Positions 45,708 through 57,388 of a DNA stretch of 64,000 nt are shown piece after piece. The stretch is taken from positions 64,001-128,000 of the forward strand of contig CAVXTP010000006.1 in the NCBI GenBank assembly GCA_963764715.1. The letters run 5' to 3'. Numbering within the stretch: position 1 is the stretch's first letter; every line of letters begins with the position of its first letter. Made by a program: the position numbers and the translations under genes. The notes beneath the pieces were generated by a model that was given only the letters and a program-made list of their open reading frames with translations, made no database searches and was not told the DNA's origin. This stretch comes from an uncultured Acidobacteriota bacterium (GTDB taxonomy: Bacteria > Acidobacteriota > Thermoanaerobaculia > UBA5066 > Gp7-AA6).

Positions 45708-46568
45708 TCACGAATCCGACGGACCGGAGAGGGGCACGCTCGCGAGATCCGCCGACTGCGGAATCCCCGCGAGCCAGGCCGGATACGACCAGGTGGCCGG
45801 CTGGAGCAGGAGATGGCACCGCCCCCGGTCGCGGACCTGGTCGGGGTTTTTGAGCCGCGTCCCGCGTGCCAGATACCAGGCCGAGTAGCCCAGCCCGTCG
45901 CACCACCCCAGGACCGCGGACGCGTTCGCCGTCATCGCGAGCTCCGGGTTCGAATGCATCTCGACGAGAAAGCGGGTCCGGCCCTGGGCCGCGAGGCTTC
46001 GGGAACCCGCGAGGACGAGGCCCTCGGCGCCTTCCACGTCGATCTTGACGAGGTCTGGAATGACTTTCCATCCAGTGCTCAGCTCGTCGACCGTGACCGT
46101 GGGCACTTCGATCGACTGCCCGGCCCGCGACGCCGTCGTGGCGTGTCCGGCATACATGCTCCCGGCCGCGCCGGGGCCGACCGTCCAGAGACGGGCGGTA
46201 TCGCCGCTCCGGTCCGACACGAACGCGCAGATGAACCGCGCCCGGGCGGAGAGCTGGTTGCGGATCAGATTCTCCGACGCGATGAGGAGGGCGTCGGGGT
46301 TGGGCTCGAGAAGGAAGACCTGCTTGACTCCCGGGCACAGCATCGCCAGGACCGCCATGTGACCCTGGTTCGCGCCCACGTCGAAGATGACCTCGGAATG
46401 CAGCGCGCAGGCCAGGAACCAGGCGTCGTCGTAGTCGCTCTTGTCGCGGACGCTTCCCTCGACGAACCGGATCGGGTGGCCGAGGAGGCTCCCCGAGACC
46501 AGCCGCGGCGGCATGCCGGAGAGTCTTCGAACCACGGCCGCGCCTCGCGTGACGATCTTTGGCAACAC
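45708..46568 (-). CDS. FkbM-family methyltransferase
   Basis: FDVGANQG, EPNP, KIDVEGAE, VEMH. Confidence 0.9.
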   Translation of the reverse strand: MLPKIVTRGAAVVRRLSGMPPRLVSGSLLGHPIRFVEGSVRDKSDYDDAWFLACALHSEVIFDVGANQGHMAVLAMLCPGVKQVFLLEPNPDALLIASENLIRNQLSARARFICAFVSDRSGDTARLWTVGPGAAGSMYAGHATTASRAGQSIEVPTVTVDELSTGWKVIPDLVKIDVEGAEGLVLAGSRSLAAQGRTRFLVEMHSNPELAMTANASAVLGWCDGLGYSAWYLARGTRLKNPDQVRDRGRCHLLLQPATWSYPAWLAGIPQSADLASVPLSGPSDS

Positions 46569-46693
46569 TTCGCCTCCTTACCCTGCCCGCACACGATTTC
46601 GTTCCGGTGACCGCTGTTCCGGGGGAATGCAATCCCCGGTCCAGCGCCCGCCCGCCCCGGCTAAAATGCCCGGGTGACGCCGGGTTCGCGCCG

Positions 46694-47809
46694 ATGACCG
46701 ATACCGCGATCACCGTCGTCGGCGCCGGTGTCGTCGGCCTGGCCCTCGCCGCCCGGCTCGCCCGGGACTATCCCGACCTGATCCTCGTGGACCGAAACCC
46801 GCGTCACGGCATGGGGGCCTCGAGCCGCAACAGCCAGGTCATCCACGCCGGCATCTATTATCCGCCCGAATCGCTCAAAGCGCGCCTCTGTCGTGAAGGA
46901 AACGAGCGTCTTTATTCGCTCTGCGCGGCGCGGGACATCCCCCACCGTCGGATCGGCAAGCTGATCACCGCGACGTCGCCCGGGGAACGGCCGGCGCTCG
47001 ACCGGATCGCGGAGAACGCGCGGGCCAACGGCGTCCGCCTCGAACCGCTCTCGGCCGCGGAGGCGCGGGAGCGGGAGCCGAACGTACGCTCGTCCGGCGC
47101 GCTGTGGTCCGAGAGCTCCGGCGTCATCGACGCGCACGCGCTCATGGACGCGCTCCTCGCGACGGCCCTCGCGTCGGGAGCGCACCTGCTCCCGGGCGCC
47201 GCGCTCGAAGGCATCGAGCCGGAGCGCGGCGGCTATCGCCTCTCGCTGCGGCGCGGCGCCGGCCGCGAGTCCTTCACCAGCGAACGCGTCATCAACGCCG
47301 CCGGTCTCGAGTCGGACACGGTCGCGGAGCTCGCCGGAATCGACGTGGACGCGGCCGGCTACCGGCTCCGCTGGTGCAAGGGCAGCTATTTCTCGGCGGC
47401 GCCCCGCTGCGCCCGCCTGGTGTCGCACCTCGTTTATCCCGTCCCGGCGAAGGAGAGCCTCGGCGTCCACGTGGTGCTCGACACCGGCGGGCGCCTGCGC
47501 TTCGGCCCGGACGCCGAGTACCTTCCGGACCGCCGCGAGGATTACCGGGTCGCGCCCGAGAAGCGGGCCGCGTTCGGGGAGGCCGCCCGGCGGCTCCTGC
47601 CCGACGTCCGGGACGAAGACCTCGAGCCCGACATCTCCGGCATCCGGGCGAAGCTCCAGGGCCCCGGCGAGCCCGTGCGGGACTTCGTGATCGCCGACGA
47701 GGCCGCGCGCGGCCTGCCCGGCTTCTACGACCTCATCGGGATCGAATCGCCGGGGTTGACCGCCGCGCCTGCGATCGCCGAGCACGTGGCGGCGCTGCTC
47801 GACGGCTAG
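46694..47809 (+). CDS. lhgO: FAD-dependent oxidoreductase, L-2-hydroxyglutarate oxidase family
   Basis: VVGAGVVGLA, SSRNSQVIHAGIYY, INAAGL, LGVH, GIESPGLT. Confidence 0.8.
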   Translation: MTDTAITVVGAGVVGLALAARLARDYPDLILVDRNPRHGMGASSRNSQVIHAGIYYPPESLKARLCREGNERLYSLCAARDIPHRRIGKLITATSPGERPALDRIAENARANGVRLEPLSAAEAREREPNVRSSGALWSESSGVIDAHALMDALLATALASGAHLLPGAALEGIEPERGGYRLSLRRGAGRESFTSERVINAAGLESDTVAELAGIDVDAAGYRLRWCKGSYFSAAPRCARLVSHLVYPVPAKESLGVHVVLDTGGRLRFGPDAEYLPDRREDYRVAPEKRAAFGEAARRLLPDVRDEDLEPDISGIRAKLQGPGEPVRDFVIADEAARGLPGFYDLIGIESPGLTAAPAIAEHVAALLDG

Positions 47810-47821
47810 CGCGTCGGGCGG

Positions 47822-49779
47822 CTACGACACCGTGGGCGTCGCGCGCTCCTCGGTCAGCCCGGGGGGATCGGTCGGGCGCGTCCGCTCGCGCGTCGCGCGC
47901 CGCACGCCGAGGTTGGCCTCCGGCAGGAGCGTGTTGAGGAACCGCCGAATGGCCGTCCCGTCGCCCTCGCGGGCGAGCTCCTCGAGGAACCGCAGGGCCC
48001 GCGCCACGTCCTCGGACGGGTAGGCGTTCAGCTTGCCGTTGAAGATCTTCGGGTGCCGGGTCTTCGCGATCTGCTCGCCCGAGAGCTCCAGCTCCTCGAA
48101 GAGCTTCTCCCCGGGGCGCAGTCCCGTGAAGACGATGTCCATGTCGACGTACGGCCGCAGGCCGGTCAGCGTGATCATCTCCTCGGCCAGGTCCAGGATC
48201 CGGACCGGCTCGCCCATGTCGAGGATGAAGATCTCGCCGCCCTCGCCCATGGCGCCGGCCTGGAGCACGAGCTGGGCCGCCTCCGGGATCGTCATGAAGT
48301 AGCGCCGCATCTCCGGGTGCGTCACGGTGACCGGGCCGCCGCGGCGGATCTGCTCGCGGAAGATCGGCACGACCGAGCCCGGCCGAGCCGATGACGTTGC
48401 CGAACCGCACGGCCTCGAAGCGCGTCGCGTAACGGCCGGCGAGGTCCTGGATCGCGAGCTCGGCCACGCGCTTGGTCGCGCCCATGATCGAGGTCGGGCG
48501 GACGGCCTTGTCCGTCGAGATCATGACGAACGCCTCGACGCCGTGCTCGCCGGCGAGCTCGCCCAGGAGACGCGTGGCGAGGATGTTGTTCTTGATGGCC
48601 TCGCCCGGGTTGGCTTCCATCATCGGCACGTGCTTGTGGGCGGCGGCGTGGAAGATGACCTGGGGGCGCTGCTCGCCGAAGCATCGGCGCGCATCCTGCG
48701 CCTCGTCGCCGACGTCGGCGACGAGCGGGACGATCTCGATCTCGGCGCGGGTCCGCCGCAGCTCGCCGTCGATCTCGAAGAGCGCAAACTCGGCGCGCTC
48801 GACGAGCAGGAGCTTCGCCGGCTGGAACCGGGCGACCTGGCGCGCCAGCTCCGAGCCGATCGAGCCGCCCGCGCCGGTGACCATGACCCGCTTGCCGGCC
48901 AGGAAGTGCCCGATCTGCTCCTCGTCGAGGTAGATCGGCTCGCGGCCGAGGAGGTCCTCGATCTGCACGTTGCGGATGCGCGTGACCTGCACCTTGCCCT
49001 GGAGGATCGTCGTAGAGGCCCGGGATGATGCGGATGCTGACCTGGATCTTCCGGCAGAGGTCGATCAGGTGCAGGATCTCCTGCCGCGAGATCTGCGCGA
49101 TCGTGATGACCACCTGCTCGATGCCGAGCTCCTTGACGAGGCGGGGAAGGTCCTCCGTCGTACCCGAGGACGCGCACGCCGTGGATGACGGCGCCCCGCT
49201 TTTCGGAGTCGTCGTCGACGAACCCCTTCACGTCGAGGTTCATGTCGCCGCGCCCCTCGATCTCCCGCGCCGCGAGCAGCCCGGCCCGGCCGGCGCCGAT
49301 GAGGAGCGTCGGCACGAGCTCGGCGGTCCCCGCCTGGGCGACCCGCCGGCGCTCCGCTGCCCCTTCTCGTAGACGTACCGCCGCACGACGCGCAGCCCGA
49401 GCACGCCGCCGAACGCCAGGACCGTGTCCATGAGGGTGACCGACAGCGGCACGCGCCAGTTGCCGAGGCTCGACGGCAGGCTCAGCCGCAGGACCCCGAG
49501 GACGAGCGCCGACCAGACCGCCGCGTAGACGAACGCCTTGACCTCGCCGAGCCCGACGTAGCGCCAGATGAAGCTGTACACGCCGGCGAGGGCCAGCGCG
49601 GCGAGCTGCACCAGGACCACGTAGGGAAGCTGCTGGAGGGCGTTGTGAAGCTCGTCCTCCGGCACCGCGAACTCGAAGCGCAGGAGGTATGCGAAGGCGA
49701 ACGCGAGGACGAGCATCGTCACGTCCAGCGCGAACTGGAACCCCCGGGTCAGATGAGGCTGAAAGTCCTTGGTGGTCAC
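47822..49779 (-). CDS. membrane-bound UDP-GlcNAc 4,6-dehydratase, CapD/PglF/WbpM family (several indels)
   Basis: N-terminal TMs; LIGAGRAG; IEDLLGR; [12 protein letters not shown]; HAAAHKHVP; ISTDKAV; RFGNV; RYFMTIPEA; GLRPGEKL. Confidence 0.9.
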
Positions 49780-49837
49780 CCGGACGATCCTCGCTCCGGC
49801 CCGCGACGGCCAGCTTCTTGACAGCCTGCTGTTGAGT

Positions 49838-49884
49838 CGGGGAAGAAGAGGTACCCCCCGGAAGGCGGCACCCCTTCTTCCCCG
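49838..49884. terminator. strong inverted repeat between the sugar transferase and the CapD-like gene
   Basis: CGGGGAAGAAG...CTTCTTCCCCG perfect 11-bp arms. Confidence 0.45.
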
Positions 49885-49952
49885 CCCCGAGACGGCAAGG
49901 GAAATCATTTGAGCTTCAGGAACTATGAAGGTAACGAATCCGAGCCTCCTTT

Positions 49953-50600
49953 TCAAGCCTCGGGTGGCCTTTCGGACAGCCCGCGGTCCTGTTCCTTCGG
50001 CCTGGAGACCTTCCGTGCGGCAAGAAGAGCCGCGATTGTGTCGTAGATCACACGGAAATCAGTCCGCCAGGTCCGCCTCTCGAGATAGGCCCGGTAGCCC
50101 GCGAGCTTCTGCGGTTGCAGCGTCTCGCGGTAGTAACGGTCTCTATCCCCTTCCACGACCTCCAGCAGCGCCTCCTCGTCGCGCAGCGTCAACGTCATCG
50201 GATCCGTCAAACCCGGTCTTACCTGCAAGACATCTGCCCACAAAGGGTTGTCGAGGTCCACGTATTCGGGAACCTCGGGTCGCGGACCGACGAAGGACAT
50301 GTCTCCCCGGAGCACGTTCCAGAGCTCCGGAAGCTCGTCGAGCTTGGTGCGCCGCAGCCAGCGCCCCACCGGAGTCACGCGGGCATCGCCGCGCGCCGTG
50401 ACGCTCGGACCGGAGCTCGACGCGCGCATCGAGCGGAGCTTGACGAGCCGGAAAGGACGGCCGGCGCGGCCCACGCGGAACTGCCGGAAGAAGACGGGCC
50501 GTCCCGAGGTCGCCAGGATCGCGACGGCGCAGAGTCCGATGATCGGGGCCGCGACGACGAGCCCCGCCGCCGCGAGCGCCACCTCGACGAAGCGCGGCAG
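49953..50600 (-). CDS. initiating phosphoglycosyl transferase (PglC-like bacterial sugar transferase); start uncertain
   Basis: RPVFFRQ.RVG, KLRSM, KLDELPELWNVLRGDMSFVGPRPE, RPGLT. Confidence 0.9.
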   Translation of the reverse strand: MPRFVEVALAAAGLVVAAPIIGLCAVAILATSGRPVFFRQFRVGRAGRPFRLVKLRSMRASSSGPSVTARGDARVTPVGRWLRRTKLDELPELWNVLRGDMSFVGPRPEVPEYVDLDNPLWADVLQVRPGLTDPMTLTLRDEEALLEVVEGDRDRYYRETLQPQKLAGYRAYLERRTWRTDFRVIYDTIAALLAARKVSRPKEQDRGLSERPPEA

Positions 50601-50608
50601 GCCCCGAC

Positions 50609-51854
50609 CTAGGCGCGCGCCGCCCGAGACGGGCTCCTTTGGTTCTCGAGGCAGATTCCGCGGACGGCGTCGGCGACGGCAGCGATCTCCGCGGCGGTCA
50701 TGCCCGGGAAGATCGGCAGGCTGACCAGCCGCTCCCAGGTCGCCGAGGCCGAAGGCAGGTCGGCCGGACGCCAGCCGAACTTCTGCGCGTAGTAGGTGTG
50801 CAGGTGGAGAGGACGCCAGTGCACCGAGCAGCCCACGCCCCGGCCCTTCAGCTCGTCGATGAAGGCGTTGCGATCGATCGCGAGGCGGTCCAGCCGGAGC
50901 CGGATCGGAAAGAGGTGCCACGCGTGCACCCGGTTTTCGGGCATCGGCGGAAGCTCGAGATCGTCGGAATCCGCGAGCGCCTCGGACAGCCGACGCGCGA
51001 CGTCCTCGCGTTCCTGCCGCATCGACTCCGCGCGGGCGAGCTGGTGGATCCCGATCGCCGCGGCGACGTCGGTGAGGTTGTACTTGAAGCCCGGAGCGAG
51101 GATCCGGTAGTCCCACTTGCCACCGCCCGTGTAGCGCTTCCAGGCGTCCTGCGAGAGGCCGTGCAGGGACATCAGGCGCATGCGGTCGGCGAGCTCGGGA
51201 TCGGACGTCGTCGCCATCCCGCCTTCGCCGGTCGTGATCGTCTTGTTGGCGTAGAAGGAGAAGCAGGTGATGGCGGAGGTGTTCTCCCCGCACCGCTGCC
51301 AGGGCGCGGTCGCACCGGGCCGCCAGGCCGCCGGAAAGGAGTGGGCGGCGTCTTCGACGACCCAGAGGGCGTAGCGATCGGCGAAGGCCTGGACGGCCGC
51401 GACGTCGAGCATCAGGCCGCCGACGTGCACGGGAATGATGCCCACGACCCGCGTGCCCGCCGGCACTCCGGCCACCGGCTTCCCGGCCGCCAGAGCGTCG
51501 AGCTTGCGGCCCGCGTCCTCGAGATCGATGTTGAGCGTCACGGGATCGCAGTCGACGAGCAGCGGGATGGCGCCGAGGTACCGGACGACCTCGGCCGTGG
51601 CGGCGAAGGTCATCGTCGGGACCACGACCGCCTCGCCCGCCTTCAGACCGAGGGCCTCGACGGCGAGGTGCAGGGCGGCGGTGCAGGAGTTCACCGCCAC
51701 CGCGTGCGGCGCGCCCGACCGCCCGGGCGAACTCTTCCTCGAAACGCTGCACGCGGGGTCCCGTGGTCAGCCATCCGGAGCGCAGGACCGCGACGACCTC
51801 GTCGATCTCGGCGTCCGTGACGTTGGGGCGAAAGAACGGAACGGAGTTGCTCAT
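50609..51854 (-). CDS. DegT/DnrJ/EryC1/StrS sugar aminotransferase (indel near 51715)
   Basis: SGWLTTGP, VNSCTAALHL, EDAAH, FSFYANKTITTGEGG. Confidence 0.92.
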
Positions 51855-52573
51855 TTTGCTCCTTTGACGAGAACGGCCATCCGATGGGTGCGCAGAAGAG
51901 GAATCGACTCCAGAAGCCGCGCGAGCGGCTCGAAACGCGGGGCGAGAAGGCGGGCGAGGGGCGGCGCCAGCGTGACCGTCCGGTCGGCCCCGGCGAGCGT
52001 CGGGAACAGGGCCCGAAGCTCGCCCCTCCCGATGCGCCGGACGTTCGGGTTGCGCGGGTTGTTCACGCGCAGGTCGTACCACAGAAGGGCTCCCCCGGGC
52101 GCCAGGACGCGGGCCGCCTCCGCCGCCACCGCCTGACGGAGCCCGGAATCGAGGATCGAGCTGAACATCGTCGAGGCGACGACGAGCCGGAAGGTCCCGT
52201 CGGGCCAGGGCAGGCGGGAGGCGTCCCCCGTGCGCAGGTCGGCGGCGGGAAAGGCCTCGCGCGCCCGCTCCGCCCGGGTGGCGTCGAGCTCGATCCCGTG
52301 GAGGTCCCGTTCGCGCATCCCCCAGGCGAGAAGCTCGGCGAGCCAGCCGAGCGAGCCGAACCCGATCTCGAGGCACGGATCCCCCGGGGTCGGAAAGACC
52401 CCGGCGCGCGCAAGCAGCAGGGCCGCCATCCGGGTCCGGGACGCGCGACTGAGGATCGCCGCCGGATTCCAGGGAGCGTAGAGGGCCGGGTCGACGTCCC
52501 GCTCCCTCCGACGGTACTCCGCCAGGATGCGCTGGCGTTCGGCCGCCATGCCGTCCGGTTCCCGGGCCGGCAT
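51851..52573 (-). CDS. class I SAM-dependent methyltransferase
   Basis: LEIGFGSLG, GDASRLPW, RVLAPGG. Confidence 0.85.
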   Translation of the reverse strand: MPAREPDGMAAERQRILAEYRRRERDVDPALYAPWNPAAILSRASRTRMAALLLARAGVFPTPGDPCLEIGFGSLGWLAELLAWGMRERDLHGIELDATRAERAREAFPAADLRTGDASRLPWPDGTFRLVVASTMFSSILDSGLRQAVAAEAARVLAPGGALLWYDLRVNNPRNPNVRRIGRGELRALFPTLAGADRTVTLAPPLARLLAPRFEPLARLLESIPLLRTHRMAVLVKGAK

Positions 52574-53649
52574 CAGGTGGCGCTCCCGGCGAGAATCGTC
52601 ACGATGCGCTGGCTCGCGTGGCCGTCCCAGAAGGGGACGGGCCGGCCCTTCGGCCATCGTCCGTCGAGGATCTCCTGCACGCCCGAACGGATCTCCTCGG
52701 GGGTCATGGCGAGGCGGTTGGTGCCGTGGGTGACCGTCACGGGCCTCTCGGTGTTGCGACGGAGCGTCAGGCAGGGCACGCCGAGGGCCGTCGTTTCCTC
52801 CTGGATCCCGCCCGAGTCCGTCAGGACGAACGCCGCCTTCGCCATCAAACCGAGAAAGGCGAGATACGGGAGGGGCTCGCACAGTCGGACCTGGGTTCCC
52901 AGCGCGACCTCCGCGGCCTCGAGCCGGCCGCGCGTCCGCGGATGGACGGGGAACAGGATCGGCAGTCGCGCGGACACCGATCGGATCGAGCCCATGATCG
53001 TCGAGAGCGTCGCATCCGAGTCCACGTTGGACGGGCGGTGAAGGGTCAGCAGCGCGTACCCGCCCGGCTCGAGCCCGAGCCCGGACCAGGGAGCCCGCGA
53101 GACGGCGGCGCCGACGTGCTTGAGAAGCGTGTCCACCATGCAGTTGCCCACCAGGTGCACCCGCTCGGCCGGGATTCCCTCGCGCGCCAGGTTCTCGTTC
53201 GCGCTCGCCTCGGTCGTGAAGAGGTAGGTCGAGAGGTGGTCGGTGACCACGCGGTTGACCTCCTCGGGCATCGTTCGATCGAAGGAGCGCAGTCCCGACT
53301 CGACGTGCCCGAGGGCCACGTTCTCCTTGGCCGCCACCAGCGCCACGGCGGCCGTGGAGTTGACGTCGCCTCCGACCAGGATCACGTCCGGCCGGTTCTC
53401 GCGGCAGACGTCCTCGAACGCCGTCATGATCCGCGCCGTCTGGCGCGCATGGGTGTCGGAGCCGACGCCGAGGTCGACGTCGGGCTTCGGCATTCCGAGC
53501 TCGTCGAAGAACACGCGGGACATGTTGCCGTCGTAGTGCTGCCCGGTGTGGACGAAGAGATGGGGAATCCCCCGCCGGCGAATCTCCTCGACGACCGGCG
53601 CCATCTTCATGAAGTTGGGCCGGGCTCCGACGACGCTCAGGATCTTCAC
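52573..53649 (-). CDS. wecB: UDP-N-acetylglucosamine 2-epimerase (non-hydrolysing)
   Basis: VVGARPNFMK, HTGQHYD, HVESGLRS..MPEEVNR, TDSGGIQEE, WDG. Confidence 0.95.
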   Translation of the reverse strand: MKILSVVGARPNFMKMAPVVEEIRRRGIPHLFVHTGQHYDGNMSRVFFDELGMPKPDVDLGVGSDTHARQTARIMTAFEDVCRENRPDVILVGGDVNSTAAVALVAAKENVALGHVESGLRSFDRTMPEEVNRVVTDHLSTYLFTTEASANENLAREGIPAERVHLVGNCMVDTLLKHVGAAVSRAPWSGLGLEPGGYALLTLHRPSNVDSDATLSTIMGSIRSVSARLPILFPVHPRTRGRLEAAEVALGTQVRLCEPLPYLAFLGLMAKAAFVLTDSGGIQEETTALGVPCLTLRRNTERPVTVTHGTNRLAMTPEEIRSGVQEILDGRWPKGRPVPFWDGHASQRIVTILAGSAT

Positions 53650-54870
53650 GCCAGGGCTCCTTCGAGGTGGGTGGCGAAGCGGTCCGCGATCCCGATCCGG
53701 TCGAAATCGCGGACGGCCGCGGCCCGACCGGACCGGCCCAGCTTCGCCCGCCGCTCCGGGTTTCCGGCGAGCGCCCGGATCGCGGCCTCCAGGGCCGCGA
53801 CGTCGCCCGGAGGAACCGCGACGCCGGCCTCCGAACGGCCGACGATGTCGGCGGCTTCGCCGGCGGCGACGAGCACGATCGGCACCCCGGCGCCCATCGC
53901 CTCGTAGATCTTGGACGGCACCGCGCCCGGGATCGACATCTTCAGCGGCACGAGCGCGAGGTCCGCGGAGGCGACGAGCTCCGGCATCTCCTCGCGGGGC
54001 CGCGCGTCGAGGAACCGGACGTTGGCGAGGCCGAGCGCCTCGCACCTCGCCCTCAGCTCCTTCTTCAGCGGGCCGTCGCCGACCAGCGCAAACTCCAGGG
54101 CCGCGACGTCCCGGAGGCGCGCCGCGGCTTCGAGGATCTGCTCCAGCCCCTGGGCCATCCCGTGCAGCCCGGCGTAGAGCGCAACGCACGAGCCCGTCCG
54201 TTCCCCGGCCGTCGAAGAAGCGCGCCCGGGCCGCCGACGACCGGCGTTCCGGACGGAAGAGGTCCGTGTCGACGCCGTTCGACAGGTGATACACCGGGAC
54301 CGCGGGGAATCGGCGGCGGATGTTCTCGAGGATCTCCCGGCTCTGGCCGGTGACGAGCCAGGCCTTCCGGTAGCAGAAGGCCTCCAGCCGGCGAGCGACC
54401 TCCAGTCCCCAGCCCTCGGACACCGCGCCGAGGACGACCGCGCTCTCGGGCCAGAGGTCGGAGACGTTGAAGATCAGGCGCGCTCCGGTCCGGCGGGCCA
54501 GCAGGTATCCCGAAATCCCCAGGAACAGGGGCGGGCTTTCGGTCAGGAGATAGTCGAGCTTCGGGAGCGCGAACGTCCCGACGAGGATCGACGAAAAGAC
54601 GAACGAGAAGTACGAGGCGAGCCTCGGAACGAGACCGACGTCGGTCGTCGGGTACAGCCAGCACCGAATCACGGAGACACCCTCGCGGGTCTCCCGCCGC
54701 ACGAAGCCGCCGTAGCCCGGAAAGATGCTTCCGCGGGGATAGTTGGGCATCGCCGTGAGGACGACGACTTCGTGACCGCGGCGCGCGAACTGCTCCGCCA
54801 GATGCGAGAGCCGCGCCTGCGGCGCGCCCATCTCCGGCGGGTAGTACTGCGTCAGGATGCCGATCTTCAT
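53646..54870 (-). CDS. glycosyltransferase family 4 (WbuB-like; indel near 54185)
   Basis: TQYYPPE, PNYPRG, DLWPE, AQGLE, PSKIYEAMGAG. Confidence 0.9.
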
Positions 54871-56319
54871 GGACGGCCCAGAGAGCTCGCTTCCACGGGA
54901 GCTGCCGCTCACGGGGCGTCGCTCCGGGCGGTCGCGCAGCAAGCAGACCTGGACCAGGAACTTGCCGGCCGGCGTGCGCGGGATCGAATCCACCGATCTC
55001 GACGACGACTTCGACGCGCTGGCCGAGGCGGATCGTGCACGCCCCGGACAAGGTCGTCCCGGTGCTCGTCCTCCGAACCCCGGCGCCGGCACGACTTTGA
55101 TTCGAAAGCGCAGCAGGCTCTCCTGGATGATCTGCGCCTCGCGCATCGGCAGCCCGGCGTGAAGGATCGTGTCGAGCCCCCCGACGGGCACGCCGTCAGG
55201 CGTCAGCATCAGGTCGGCCGTCCGGCCGTCGAAGGCGCGAACCACCGGAAGGCCGCGCCCGCACGCGCAGCGATGGCCGCTCTCCGCGACGCGTCGACCG
55301 GTCGCCGACCTCGTAGCGGATCAGCGGCATCGTCGGGTTGAGAAACGCCGTGCAGATCATGCGGCCGGCTCGGCCCGGCTCGACGGGCTCGTCCGCGTCG
55401 TCGCGCATCCACTCCGTCAGGCCGACTTCCGGCCAGAGGTGCATCGCTCCCTCGGCGCACTCGCTCGCGCCGCAGACGATCTCGGCCTGACCGTACGTGT
55501 CGCGGACCGGGCACTGGAACACGGACGCGATCGCCTCGCGCTGAAACTTGTAGAACGCCTCGGCGTTGCTGATGACGACGCTCATCGCGGGCGCCTCGGC
55601 GCCGCTCTCCTTCGCCGCGGCGGCCAGCGCGTACAGCGCCGACGCATAGCCGAAGACGTAGCGGATCCGGCGGCGCCGCATCGCCTCAAGGTACGCCGCG
55701 GCGGTGTCGGCCTTGATGTGGTAGGTCGACATGTAGAGCTGGTGCATCCCGCCGTTCCAGACCCAGAAGGGAGGCTGCCGCCGCCCGATCGGCGTGACGC
55801 GCTGCCCGCCGAGGTGGGCCCAGCGGTCGCCGAGGCTCACGCCGTTCCAGCGTCGGATCCGGGCCTCGAAGAGGGCGTACCAGTCCACGAGGGTCGAGCG
55901 CGGTTGCCAGAGCCGGAGCGGAGTGCCGGTCGTGCCGCTCGTCTCGCGTTTCGTATCCCTCGTTCGGAGCCCTCCGCCAGGAACGACCGGGGATCGTCGC
56001 GCAGCGTCTGCTTCGAAAGGATCGGCCAGTTGGCCAGCACCTCCCACGACGACCGGTCGCCGTCGCGGCGCCGGCGGGCCCACTGTTCCCGGTAATACGG
56101 AACGCGCGTGGCCGCGTGGTGCAGCGTGCGGGCGAGGCGGTCCTCCTGCCAGGGTTTCCAGCGCGCCGCGTCCCAGGAGTCGCGCTCGAGGGCCTCGCTC
56201 ACGAGAATCTCGGTCTCGGGACCGTACCGGCGGGACTGGAGCTGGTACCCGCGGGCGCTCGCCGCGAGCGACTGCACGGGCGCCGGCAGGCGGCGGTAGA
56301 GCTCCGCCGTCATGCTCAT
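54867..56319 (-). CDS. phenylacetate-CoA ligase / CapK-like adenylate-forming enzyme (indels; end approximate)
   Basis: VPYYR, TSGTTGTP, DTYGQAE, MPLIRYEVGD, GRTAD, RTPAGKF. Confidence 0.85.
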
Positions 56320-57386
56320 CGGTGCGCCCCGTTCACCGCGGCCGCCCGGAGAAGGTTCTCCCACTGCGGCAGGACGACCGACCAATCCATCTTTTCCGCC
56401 TTGCGCCGGCCGCTCTCCGACAATCGGCCGGCCAGCCCCGGCTCGGCGAGCACCCGACGGACGGCCGCGGCCATCGCCTCGGGGTCGTCCGGCGGCACGA
56501 GCAGCCCTTCTTCGCCGTCCCGGAGAAGATCCGGCATGCCTCCGACGTTCGTGCTCACGACGCAAAGCCCGCAGGCCAGCGCCTCGAGCACGGTGACCGG
56601 CGTATTGTCGACGTTCGGCGTGTTGAGCAGGATGTCGGCCTGCGAGAGCCACTCGCCCACCGCCGCCTTCGGGATCTGGTCCACGAACCGGACCTGGTCC
56701 ATGAGCCCGAGCTCCGCGGCCGTCGCCCGGGCCGCGGCGAGGGTCCCGTCTCCCCGGTCGGGGCCGATCATCGTCAGCGTGGCGGCCGGATAGTCCCTTC
56801 GCAGGAGCGCGAGAACACGCGGCGCCAGGGTCGGGTTGTAGGTGTCGTGAAACGCCCTCAGCCAGATCAGCCGCGGCTCCGCCCGGTCCCGGCGCCGGAA
56901 CGGATAAGCGGCCAGGTTCAGCGGGTTCGGCAGCACGAAGAGGTCCGGGCGGTAGGCACGCATCTCCCGGTGCAGGAACTCCGAGGGAACCGTGACCGCG
57001 CGGGCGCCGGCGAGGACCCGGCGGACGGGGCCGGACCACCGGGCGGCGAACTCGGGAAGCGATCCTCCGCGGAGCGTCAGCAGGTAAGGCTTTCGGAACG
57101 AGCGCAGCAGAAAAACGACCGCCGCCGCCCACAGGAAGGCCTCGCCGCTGAAGACGTCGACGTGGACGACCTCGTCCCGGCGCCTTCCCTCGAGCACCGC
57201 CCGGGTCATCTCCAGCATCCGCGGAGCCTTCGCGTGCTTCGAGGACGCCGCCCGGACGCTCCACCCCGCCTGTCGCAGCCGCTCGACGAGGTCTTCGCAG
57301 ACCCCGCGGCTCGCGCCCGCCGCGGAGAGGAAGTTCCCGATGAACAGGAGGTCCGGCTTCCGCAGTTCCTCGACCCGCGCAGCCAA
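56316..57386 (-). CDS. glycosyltransferase family 4
   Basis: TTG start after GGGAGG; DNTPVTVLEALACG..STNVGG. Confidence 0.9.
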   Translation of the reverse strand: MAARVEELRKPDLLFIGNFLSAAGASRGVCEDLVERLRQAGWSVRAASSKHAKAPRMLEMTRAVLEGRRRDEVVHVDVFSGEAFLWAAAVVFLLRSFRKPYLLTLRGGSLPEFAARWSGPVRRVLAGARAVTVPSEFLHREMRAYRPDLFVLPNPLNLAAYPFRRRDRAEPRLIWLRAFHDTYNPTLAPRVLALLRRDYPAATLTMIGPDRGDGTLAAARATAAELGLMDQVRFVDQIPKAAVGEWLSQADILLNTPNVDNTPVTVLEALACGLCVVSTNVGGMPDLLRDGEEGLLVPPDDPEAMAAAVRRVLAEPGLAGRLSESGRRKAEKMDWSVVLPQWENLLRAAAVNGAHR

Positions 57387-57388
57387 TC

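Noticed and set aside
49953-55245. Apparent fusions (DegT with sugar transferase; CapK with GT4 and WecB)
   Set aside because: Frameshift-joined frames; each gene has its own motifs and, in most cases, a plausible start.
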